Positions 48,515 to 64,000 of a DNA stretch of 64,000 bases are shown piece after piece; the stretch's first letter is position 1; each line of letters starts with the position of its first letter. Position numbers and translations under genes: made by a program. The DNA lies in contig JBHGNT010000020.1 of NCBI GenBank assembly GCA_043228905.1, positions 4,898,001 to 4,962,000 on the forward strand. The letters are read 5' to 3'. Source of the stretch: Azolla caroliniana. Its lineage: Eukaryota; Plantae; Polypodiophyta. The notes under the pieces are model-generated. The model saw only the letters and a program-made list of their open reading frames with translations, was not told the origin of the DNA and ran no database searches.

Positions 48515-51249
48515 ATGGACCCACAAACGCTGTCGGAAGCCACCAAGACATGACTAAAGCAACACGGGCTCGAGGGCTTCTTGATGATGATGGAAGTACC
48601 GCCACACAAAGAAGCCGACAAGGTGATCAAAGAAATCGACACAGAGGTCATAACGGCGGAGGCGATTCGAGCGTTAACAGGCCTTCCGGAGGGAGGCATA
48701 CTCACAATTGACAATCCGACCCCGGAGCAACTCATCAGGTATTTTGGTGAGTACTCCCTAGCCAGCAAGGGCTACCGGACACAGGGCAGCGGAGATATGT
48801 TGTTCCACGAGATTGCTCGTGTGCTCCACGAATACGGCCATGTGTACCCTAGACCCCCTGTCATGCCGTAGAACCGGGCAGGGATGATCATCGCCACCTA
48901 TGAAGGGATCAAGGTGGATTGGCCGGTATTGATCGCAGACGGGTTGTGTGCGGCGATCGAGATCGTCAGAGGCAAAGAAGACAAAGAAGGCCGAGACGAA
49001 CGGAGGATATGGCACGCCGTAACGCAGTGGCTCACCTTGCTTGTGCCACTCGTCCAGCCCATCCAGCCCAAGAAGCGAGGAAGAGTGGCGGACGGCACCC
49101 CAAAGACGGCTTCTAAAAGACAACAGTTGTTGGCCTCCAAGGCTACTAAGGGGAAGGCGGCGGACGCAGAACAGGCGGGAAAGGAGAGCGTCAGCCGGAA
49201 GCGACCAACGGATGCGCAGGAGGAACCACCGGCACGGCCCGTAAAGGTTACACTCCGCCGACCGGTGAATAGAGAAGCGGACCCCTTGGCGGCAAAACTC
49301 AATGCCGGGACTCAGGAAGAGGAAATAGAGGAGGAGCCTACGGAGCACCTCCATCGACGGTCGTCGGCAAGGACCGTTGAGGCAGCCGGGAAACGTTCGG
49401 ACCCTCAAACGGAGGGAACACTGGATCCCCATACTGAGACTCCCACGCCAAGGGAAGAACCAGAACCGGTGCGCATGGCACCGGAATCAAAAGCCCCGGC
49501 ACCACCGGCAACACCGGCAAGTCCCATCCCGCCAGAGTTGAAAAGGTCAATGCAGCCTCCCTCGGCCAACCAAGAAGAAGCGCAAGGGGAACGAGGACAG
49601 CAGGGTGGTCCACGGGCAGAAACGGAATTGCAACTCGGCGCAATCAGGCGGGATCACCCATCTACAAGTGAGCCCATCCGTCAAACCTCTTGGCAAACGC
49701 AACAAGGCACCAGTGGATAGGCGAACAGATTGTCGAAGCAGTGGGGTATATTGAGGCAGAAGAAAGAGCGCAAAGCGAACGGTCCAGAATCCGGTGCCTT
49801 GAAAAAAACTTGGATCAGGTCACGACAGAGATGGCCAAAATGGCCTTAACGGCAACACAGATCCAATCACCGGTGACTCCGGTAAGTGTACAGAATAAAG
49901 AAACAGATCGACCTGTACATACCAATAAGACCCCGGCAACGGAAACTGTTCTAGCGAGAGATGCAGCACAAGCCCAGGAGCTTGCGGAATTGAGAGATGA
50001 ACTTGCCGCACAAGAAGCGCTAAGGAGCCGTGAACGGGAATTGAAGACAGCGGCCGAAGCCAAATTAAAGAAGACCGCTAAGAACCTCCGCCGGGCAGAG
50101 GAGAGCCTCCGAAAAGGCCATCAAGCGTACGACCGGCTAAGGGAGGAAAAAGACAAAGTGTTGCAAGAAAAGGACAAGTTGCGGAAGATGGCGGAAACGG
50201 AAATTGAACGGCTAAAGGAAGAGCTCCGCTAGTAGAAGGACCACGAGGACCGGGCCCGTCGACAGATCAACGCACGGCTCAAGCAAAAGACGGATGATTT
50301 TGAGCACCTGCACCGGGACTACAAACGGCTGGAAACGGAGCATAAGGAACGGATGGCCGAGCTCCAGCAGGAAGTTGATCGGGCCACGATGGCGATCGCC
50401 AACGAACGTGCGGAAAATACAAGACGGTTGGACGAGGCGGAGAAGGTCCGGATGGAGCTCCAGAGGCAGCAGCAGGAAGAAAAGGAGAGAGCGTCAACGG
50501 TATTGCAGAAATTACAAAGCACATATCAAAGGCAATTGATGCATTATAAGGAGCAGGCGGAAGACAACGTCAAAATCATCAAGCAACTGAAGGAGGAACG
50601 GCAAGCGGCGGAAATCAAATCGCAATTGGGAACGGGCCGGATTCAGTGCATCCTCCGGGCATGGCTGAATCAGACAAAACGTTTGATTGACGAAAGCTCC
50701 GTAAGATGGTGGACAAAGTGGGCACAAAACGCGGCGGAACTCCAATTGCTACGGGCAGACGTGGCAAACCGGCGGAAGGAAGGAGATGATTGTTATACGT
50801 TGACTTCTGAGGACTTCACCGCCATACGGGATGAGCTGGCCGACGACTTCAAAGTCCTGGCGGATGAACAGCTGGCGCAGGTCCGGCAACTCGTAGCTCA
50901 ACTAGACGATGATAGGCTGGACGCTCAAATCCAGTTTGAAAGCTACGAGCGGTCCCAGGTTCAGGAAGAAAAAGCACGGGAAGCGGCAACGGTTAACCTT
51001 AGTGATGAGGAACCGTCGCCGGCCGAGGACCAGCCCGGAACCAGTCAACCGAAGACCACTACGACGGAGGGAGCAACGACGGAGACGCTGGTATCAGAGC
51101 AACAAACGGAGGAGCAGCCGCAACAGCCACCAACGGACCCGTCGCAGCAGACATCAATAGAGCAGCAACAACAACAACAACAACCAATTCCAGATGAACC
51201 ATTGGACACTCTCGAACAAAGCATTCAAGATATTTTGGACGAAGAATAG
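48515..51249 (+). pseudogene. Extra sense ORF (~900 codons, in the env-like position) of the gypsy; predicted coiled-coil C-terminal half; function unknown
   Basis: ATG 48515 is in frame with ORFs 48581 and 48884; one frameshift near 49700; then 49690-51249 with a TAG TAG break. Homolog at 55235-55806. Confidence 0.8.
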
Positions 51250-51741
51250 CAAGGGTCGGTTGTGGATTCGACGTACAAGGTACTGTCCCACGGGCGTGCC
51301 ATGTGTTACCGGCCGGCAAAGGAGTCCAGAGTGTGAAACGGGGAGTTATTTAATTAGTAGGAATGGTTGTAAGTAAGCTATGAGTGTGGACGGACGGACC
51401 GGAATCAGTATGCCGTTCCGGATCCGGACCGATCCCGAACAGGTGCGGATGGCACCGTTTTGTAATACAGACCGAAAACCTATTTAAAGGCCCGGATACA
51501 ATGTAATGAACAACGGTTAATTAATAAAGCTTAGTGTTGTTATCTCTCTGTGTTAATTGCCGTTCTGCATTCATGGTTATATCTTACGCGTGTGATTATT
51601 AAAGACGATCATGCTAAGTAACCTAATTAAGTCGGATTAATCATTGAGTTTAATCCTGTTGCCGTAACACCCCTTTGGTGAAGTGTCTTCCGTAGACACC
51701 CTGTGTTAGGCCATTGTCCGGCCCTAAGAGTTAACAGGTAC

Positions 51742-52470
51742 CGTCGGTTTCCTTGTCTTTTCGGAAATGCCGACAGTTCTTCTGGAAGTGTCCCAGCTTG
51801 CCGCGATAGAAGCAAGTAGGCCTCCCCCTTGACTTTGATCATGTCCCCTACTTTTCCTGGTTCTGGGGGCTGCGGTTCCTGTGTCGGAGCTCGTATCCTT
51901 ATCTTTCCGACGCGCCTCCTCATCTAGCAAGCTCGACTTCACTCTTGCTAGGGATAACCGTTTCTCTTCCGGCCCGGCGTTGCCCAAAGTGACAACCAAT
52001 GTCTCCCAGCTATCCGGGAGGGAACCGAGCAGGAGTAGCGCTAGTACCTCATCGGCGAGAGGTACTTCCAATGATGTTGCCTGGTGTATCAGCCCCTGGA
52101 AGGCATTCATGTTCTCCGCCATGCTGGAGCCATCTTGGTACCGAAGTCTTACTAGCTTCCGGAATACCGAAACCTGGTTAACAACATTTTTGTTCTAAAA
52201 CATAATGCCGATCTTCTCCCAGAGCTCATGAGCCTTGCTCTCTTCATTGAAGTTGTTGTATAGGCTCATGTCGATGAAGCATCGTATGTACGTCGTTGTC
52301 TTCATGTGCATCACCTCCCATATCGTGGCGTCGATTTTGTCCGGTCTCTTGTCCCCGAACTGAACCAACAACCAAAGATCTTTAACCATAAGCATGTCCC
52401 TCATCTTCGACTTCCACACCGAATAGTTGGAGCCGATGAGCTTGAACATACCTCCCAACGAATCGTCCAT
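51742..52470 (-). pseudogene. Copia gag of element 32210-53181
   Basis: NYSVWKSKMRDML, LLLGSLPDSWETLV, zinc-knuckle remnant. Confidence 0.88.
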
Positions 52471-53186
52471 TTTCTGTGTCGTTTTGCTCTGATACCACTT
52501 TGACAGGAACTACACGCTCCGATAAACAGCGCTCGGCCACAACCGAGCTTAGAATCAAAACACAGAAAACGGGAAATGAAAGCACGACGCAATGGAGAGA
52601 AGAGTACACATGATGTTTACGTGGAAAACCCAAACTAGGGAGAAAACCACGACAGCCCACAGGGCTGCAAACTATCACTATGTTAGAATGTACAATGGTA
52701 AAGCACCGAGGCAACGACCTCGAGCTAGTTATCTTTGCCACAGGCGGCGGTTACAACAGAGGCAGCGACCTCTTTCTCTCTCTCTCTCTCTGTACACTGT
52801 TGCACACTCTAATCTCACACCAACAAGAATGACAATAACGACTATAAATTTTGCCCTAAGTCATATTTATACTAATATGACTTTTCGGCTATTTACAAAT
52901 ATAGCCTCGATGGACTCTCAGAAACATATTTACGAATATGTCCCTTCATCCAGTGAGCACTTCTCACCGGGCCTTCACCATCCGGCTCTTGCCGGGTACT
53001 CCTCATCCGGTTCTCACCGAGTCTTCCGTAGTTGGGTATTCCTCGTCATCTGGCGCTTGCCGGGTACACCACATCCGGTTCTCACCGGGTCCTCCGTAGC
53101 CGGGTACTCGTCATCCGGTGCTTGCCGGGTACACCACATCCGGTTCTCACTTCCCCATCCGGAGGGACTTGTTTCCTAACAGAAAT

Positions 53187-54149
53187 CGGAAAATGTCATT
53201 TGCCATATGTTGAAATACGGCGGGTGCATTTGTGAGCCCGAAAGGCATGACTGTATACTCAAAAAGACCATACCGAGTACGAAATGCAATTTTCCACTCA
53301 TCTCCCGGACAAATTGGAACAAGATTATATGCACGCCTTAGATCAATTTTGGTAAAATGCTTTGCCCCACCAATGTGTTCTAAGAGATTGGAGATTAAAG
53401 GTAGAGCATACTTATTCATTATGGTGACTTTATTTAAGCCTCGATAGTCCATGACCAAATGAAGAGAGTCTTCTTTTTTCTTCACAAAAAAGATAGGAGC
53501 ACCAGTTGGAGACTTTGAATGTCGAATAAACCCATGTGCAAGATTTTCCTCGATGTATTCTCGAAGAACCTCAAGGTCAATGGGTGATCAATTATAAATC
53601 GGACCCCAAAGTGGCTCTTTTCTTGGTTGGAGATCAATAGAACAATCGTACAGCCGATGCTTTGGAAAAACACTAGCTTTGACTTTGTCGAAAACATCAG
53701 CATAGTCTTGATATTTTTTGGGAATTTTGATGTCTGAATTCCCTTGAGTGGCACTAGAAGGTGTCACTGATATTGCAAATAAGAAAAGGTCCTCCTTGCC
53801 TCCCACTTGGTGCAATTGTTGCAATGTGATGGTGATGAAATGGAGATGGTGCATTGGTAGAACTATATTCTTCAAGAGAATAATCTTGAGTTCGATCCTT
53901 GGCAATAATATTTTCTGCTGAAGGGCACCAAATTTCTCGCTTCCTCCAATCGATTCTAGGGTTATGTAGCTTGAACCATGGCAAACCGAGGACAATTGGA
54001 TGCTCAGGACTACGAATTATGTTAAAGGAAAATACACATCCTAAATCACCTAAGTGTATGAGTATTGGCTCAGACTCTTCAAATATCTTCCTGGAAGCTA
54101 TAGGACGTCCATCAATCACTACTACGGAAACTGGACAAGGAAGTGTATG
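53187..54149 (-). pseudogene. Chromovirus protease C-terminal part and RT N-terminus
   Basis: [35 protein letters not shown]. Confidence 0.88.
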
Positions 54150-55234
54150 CAAGGATATAAGGAACACGAGAAGAAAGGAACGAAATGCTAAGAGAAGAAT
54201 GGGTGTATTAAAATAGAGAAAGAAAGGGAATGGATACAACATATGTAATGAGAGCTAAAGACTGGTGTTGATTCGAATTGATTTGAGAATACATGTATGC
54301 CCTTATTTATAGGTTCCTATAGAATAGCTTAGAGATTTCTGTAATGTTCTAGACCTAGAATGTTCTAGGACATTTTAGAACATTCTAGAATGATCTAGAG
54401 TTTTTACAATAATCAATCTAATACAAAAAGTAGCTTTTATCCTCTCATATGACAATAAGTTATCTTAATGGTTGAGGTTTTCAATTATGGATTACATGGT
54501 TCGAGGTTCAAGTCCGGATGACGCCATAATGGTCATGTGTTCATGACAGCTACATTTTCTTCTTCCACGTAGCTCCAGTATCCATGCCCCAGCAGTTACT
54601 AGTGCATTTTATATGACTAGGATGGATAGTTGCTCTAGTCGAGCTTTTTTGTAGGAAGCGAGCTCCCCATGCTTCTGTCCATATCTTTCTTCTCTCTTTT
54701 GTTGTTTACCGGTGATTAGGGTTTGTCCGTTTCAAGCAATTGTCGGCAGCAGAGGTTCTCAACCCTCGCGCTCTAATACCATGAAAAGAATTGCATGCAG
54801 AAGCTTGTAGACAAACTGACTCAGCCAGATAACAACAATAAATAGAAGTTAAGGTTTAATGGAAGCTTGAGAATACAAAGTACACTGGAGAGACAGAGAG
54901 AGCAGAACGATCAAAACTCAATTTAAAATAATAACACTCTGTACTTACAATGTGCTTAGTGAGCACTTTTATACAAGTCCATAAAAGACGGACATGTACT
55001 TTAATGCTCATACGAGCGACTAGCACTGACTCCAAGAAATATGCCTACATACTAGGCTAGGACCATAGGCCTCTAACGGCCTATCGGTTGCAATCCGATC
55101 TGTCTCTCCGATCTGGCTCTTGGTTCCAGATACCGATCCGGATACCTATCTGGTTCTCTGTTCCGGATATTGATACCGATCCGGCTCTGGCTTATTCAGC
55201 CGATCCAGATCTAGTTGAGCTTGTCCGCTCAACA

Positions 55235-56323
55235 AAAGAGAAGACTGAGGAGTGCTCCGCGGCGATCTGGAGACAATGGGCTACGCAGGCGGTTGAACTT
55301 CAACTTCTTCAAGTGGATGCCGAGAACCACAAGAAGACTGGAGAGAACTTCTACAAGATGGATGAAGCTAGTATTATCACCATCCAGGAGGACTTGTCCG
55401 ACAATTTTTATGCCATGGCCAATGCATAAATGGACGCGATTCGAAGGCTGCTTGAAGGATTCGAGGATGACCAACTACAAAACACATTGGAGTTGGAAGG
55501 CTATGAATGGGAGAGACGACAACAGGAAGCGGAGAAAAAGGCCGTCCAGATAAATATTAGTGATGAAGAGCTGTAGTCAGAGCCAAGGACCTCCACATAG
55601 AAGCAGTCGGATCAACAGTTGGTGCGTGAGACGGAGACAACGCCGGTGACACGGAGGACGAAACAGACATAAAAAACGGAGCCAGAGCCAGAGCCAAATG
55701 AGAAGCTACCGGAACAAGAGCAGCGGCAATAGCATGACGGAAATGGAGGAGGAACCACTCGAACCCCTGGACTAGAGCATATTGGTCATACTTGATGAAG
55801 AGGGATGGAGCTAACCCGTGGGTTCGATATGCAAGGCATTGTCCCATGGGCATGCCATGTGTTGGTCATAGGAGTATGATCCGGAGGAGAAGTGTGGACA
55901 GGGAAGAGTCGGATGAATAATGTAAATTTATTAGTTAGTAATTTTATAGGAACGGATCCGGATCTGCACCGATTAGTAGCTGCTAGCCAGTAAGGCACCA
56001 TTTTGTAACCTGTACTGGATGCCTATAAAAGCATCTGGATGGATGTATAAATTTGACGGAAGTAATACAAGCTTAAGTGTGTTCTTGTTAATCTTATTGT
56101 CTTTTGTGTACTACCATCTGCGTTGTAATTATTAATCATACGTGTGTAATTACGGATCGGATATGTATTAAGCGATCCGGAGGGCAATCGGGTAGCAACA
56201 AGAGTGTTGCATATAACTTGTTGGATGAATACCAGATAATCATCCATATCCCTACCACCCTTTGGATACGTGTTCCGAATAGGACACCCTGTGTTTGCGG
56301 CTAATCCGGGCCCAGGATAAACA
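55235..56323 (+). mobile_element. 3' end of an older gypsy of the same lineage (extra-ORF remnant 55235-55806, 3' LTR 55860-56323); outermost host of the nest
   Basis: WRQWATQAVELQLL aligns with WTKWAQNAAELQLL; same pre-LTR motif GTCCCAYGGGCRTGCCATG; LTR end GACACCCTGTGTT...AACA. Confidence 0.8.
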
Positions 56324-56751
56324 CAAGACATAACTCACCCTCATCATTATTATGGATCTTACTTGCTATGATTACAGTATTGGGCTCATCCAATTGCTTC
56401 ATAAATATATTGGCTAGTTCTTGATTAATAATGAGGTATTTCATTAATAAATACATATTAATCAATCATTAATGAAGAGCAAACTCTAGGCTATGACTAC
56501 GAATTTTCTTTTCTAAATGTCTAGTGAAGTTGCAAATATATTGGCATGAACATAGCTACGTGGGCATTGTGCCGTCGAAGGAGTTGCCTTTATGTTGTCT
56601 ATTCTTAAAACACCGCAAGAGTGTTTACCTTCCTTCCTATTGTGGTTTGGACAATGAAAGGTTTTTTTGTGTGCCTCATGCTTAGGTCATTCATGGCAGG
56701 GACAACAACGATTCTTAGTGTTGTCACTTGTGTTGTTTGAATACATACATG

Positions 56752-56752
<1 letters not shown>

Positions 56753-56826
<74 letters not shown>
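56753..56826. repeat. (CTA)n microsatellite, ~25 units
   Basis: Directly visible. Confidence 0.97.
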
Positions 56827-57207
56827 AGTTCGTGCGGATATATAGATGGCCCCGAACACGAGTCCGACAAAACAAAGACTTATATGTAATTGATTGACAT
56901 AATGGAGAAGAAGAGGACATAGGAAGGCGATTGTGTGTGGTTAGTTTTGGTTTTGCTGGGCTCGATCCAGATCCAAACAAAACAAAACACATACACATTC
57001 ACTCTCCTCTAAAGAAAGAGGAAGAGGAAGAGGAAGAAAGAGAGAGACATATCATTTCATTCCGTCTTACACTCTCTTTGTTTTTTCGCTGACATGAGAC
57101 ATATCATCGCAACCCAAGAGAGAGAGAGACAGAAGAAGGAGGGAGGATGATGATGATGAACTACCACTACTAATCTTTCTCTTTTTATGCTTTTCATACC
57201 AAAATAA

Positions 57208-62477
<5,270 letters not shown>

Positions 62478-63249
62478 GTCTGTCCACATTAATTCATGAA
62501 TACACACTACTGAGAAGTTATGTGATGTCTCTCTGCCTATCTGTGAATGTCAGAATTCCATATTTAATTTTGGCTTCCATTAGAATAGTGTGAATCGGCG
62601 ATCTTAAGACTCCGGTGGTCCTACTGATTAAATATGCACATCGGAAGTCATTGCATGTATTTCTGTTCTTTTTTCTTCTTTTTATGAAGTTGGAATAGCA
62701 TGTTGAGCTATATTTACTTGGATTTTGGAAATTAAAACTGCGATTATTTGTTATACATCTTTAAAAAAAGAACCATTCCTTCCTAATTGCGTTTCCCTCA
62801 CGTTATTAGCTTACATTGAAAAGATTGGATTATGGTAGCGTGCGATTTGTTCTGAAATGTGCACACTATGCAGCAGCTGTTTGGGTTTTCTGATGCAGAT
62901 TTTCACATTACCTTGTTAACTGGATATGAAAATCAAGATTTATTTCAAGTTATTGATAATTTGGACGAAGAGGAATATTTTAATATAAACAACCACATGG
63001 GAAATTGGATGGTATTGAAAAACAAATTTCTTTCATCCAATTGTGTCCAAGATATGCAAATTTGGCCTGCAAAATGCATGTTAATGAAAATTTGGATGTG
63101 CATGTCAAGGAAAATAACGTCAGCAATGTGAAAGCTCATGAAGGTGGGCCGTGGATCACATTGATGTGTACACACTAACACATTCAAAATAGAAACTTGG
63201 GCCAAGCTAAATATTGAGTAGAATAAGAGAATATGTTGCCTTATCAACA

Positions 63250-63910
63250 TGCCTTTAATTAGCTCGTCAATTGATGAATCTAATTCCTTTCCTTTTTCTC
63301 CTGTTGTAGTTGATTCTTGTGTTGGACTATTTTTGGCGACAATCTTCTTTGAGATTTCTGCGTCCTCCATTTGCAAGGAGTATAAGGCAAACTTTTAGGA
63401 GCTTGGCGTAGTTGGACAAAGGTCTAATTCTGCTTGTTTGATTCTCCAGAAGGATCGCTAGATATTTTGTAAATGATTTGCTTGTTGTTTGAACAAACAA
63501 ATCCACCTTTTCAGATTAAAGAAGCTCTTGATCCATCACTTAGACCTTGTTGTACTTATTTTGAAATTCTCTCAGTAATTCTGATATGGAGATTTTGTCC
63601 CTCCTTTCTCGGTCCATTAGAGAAAGGTTTTCTTTGTGACTCTAGTATGGTTGGCAAGCATATATTCATCTAACAAGGGTTGACGAAATCCAGTTCAATC
63701 TACTTGGAATCTTTCTTGAAATTCCACAACCTTTACTAGAATATCTAGAGTTACCACTTTGTTGAATTGTGCCACAACATGTAGCCTAGTTGCACCTTTC
63801 TTGTTACTCCCCTTTGAAGAAACACACGGTCCGTTACTAAATCCCGAGTAACCAAATCAAGGTCTTGTAGTAGGAAGGAGGGGAAAGGTTTCGGGTTGTC
63901 TCGTCGACAT
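63250..63910 (-). pseudogene. Highly degenerate retrotransposon gag-like fragment
   Basis: Minus-strand peptides DEYMLANHTRVTKKTFL*W, ELLREFQNKY, EKVDLFVQ and IDELIKGM resemble gypsy gag from non-seed plants (recognised from memory, not searched). Confidence 0.55.
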
Positions 63911-64000
63911 TGTAGTTAGTCGGATTCGGGAAGCGGGGTAACTTTACACAAAGATTAAGTTGGTATCTCACACCGAGGATACCCCAATTGTTTTCCTTGG

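Larger units (their letters stand above)
36201..51736 (+). mobile_element. Full-length non-chromovirus gypsy (433-bp LTRs 36201-36633 and 51304-51736) with gag-pol and a large extra 3' ORF; relative of 18456-25101
   Basis: TSD GGTAC at 36196-36200 and 51737-51741; PBS 36641-36651; about 8 LTR differences. Confidence 0.96.
32210..53181 (-). mobile_element. Full-length copia related to the intact copia (3' LTR 32210-32909, 5' LTR 52501-53181), split by a gypsy
   Basis: TSD GAAAT at 32205-32209 and 53182-53186; PBS 52486-52497; PPT near 32912-32921. Confidence 0.95.
13851..54548 (-). mobile_element. Chromovirus (Ty3/gypsy): 3' LTR 13851-14269, truncated 5' LTR ~54151-54548, gag deleted; hosts two nested copia clusters
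   Basis: TSD GCTAC at 13846-13850 and 54549-54553; the LTR copies align; PR/RT 53187-54149, RT/RH/INT 30043-32209, chromodomain 14310-14482. Confidence 0.92.
13323..55234 (-). mobile_element. 5' part of a degenerate copia (5' LTR 54782-55234, PBS 54770-54781, gag 54554-54682 plus 13323-13850), split by a 40.7-kb nested block
   Basis: The gag halves rejoin across TSD GCTAC (MDRSMGSSLP..YWSYVEE / DYTTKIKEI..). LTR start TGTTGAGCGGACAAGCTCAAC; degenerate Met PBS. Confidence 0.85.

Noticed and set aside
55810-55858. GGTTCGA as the T-loop of a tRNA gene
   Set aside because: No cloverleaf, acceptor stem or A-box could be built; kept only as part of the pre-LTR motif.
56605-56998. Poly-Val, poly-Leu and poly-Ser ORFs
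   Set aside because: Translations of the (CTA)n microsatellite.
62859-63131. 90-aa ORF downstream of RABH1
   Set aside because: Possibly a decayed retroelement fragment, but I cannot assign a motif or splice structure.

Overview
Eukaryotic land-plant DNA, probably a non-seed plant judging by the retroelement types (inference). Bases 1-56323 are one deeply nested cluster of LTR retrotransposons. It holds about 14 Ty1/copia and Ty3/gypsy insertions or remnants plus a Mutator-like MITE, most resolved by LTR pairs and 5-bp target-site duplications (TSDs), nested up to six levels deep. One copia (4645-9962) is fully intact and very young. The only host gene is a six-exon RABH1/Rab6 GTPase (57304-62477, +), followed by a degenerate gag. 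Most unusual observations: (1) a young gypsy (18456-25101) ends in a perfect 131-bp INVERTED copy of its own U3 instead of a 3' LTR, yet has a clean TSD; (2) that gypsy lineage has a conserved hairpin rather than a polypurine tract (PPT) before the 3' LTR, plus a conserved ~900-codon extra ORF; (3) three dissimilar copia families place the PPT inside a predicted RNA stem-loop, with covariation in one; (4) CCGG is strongly enriched in the young elements. All coordinates and counts were read by eye and no database searches were run.
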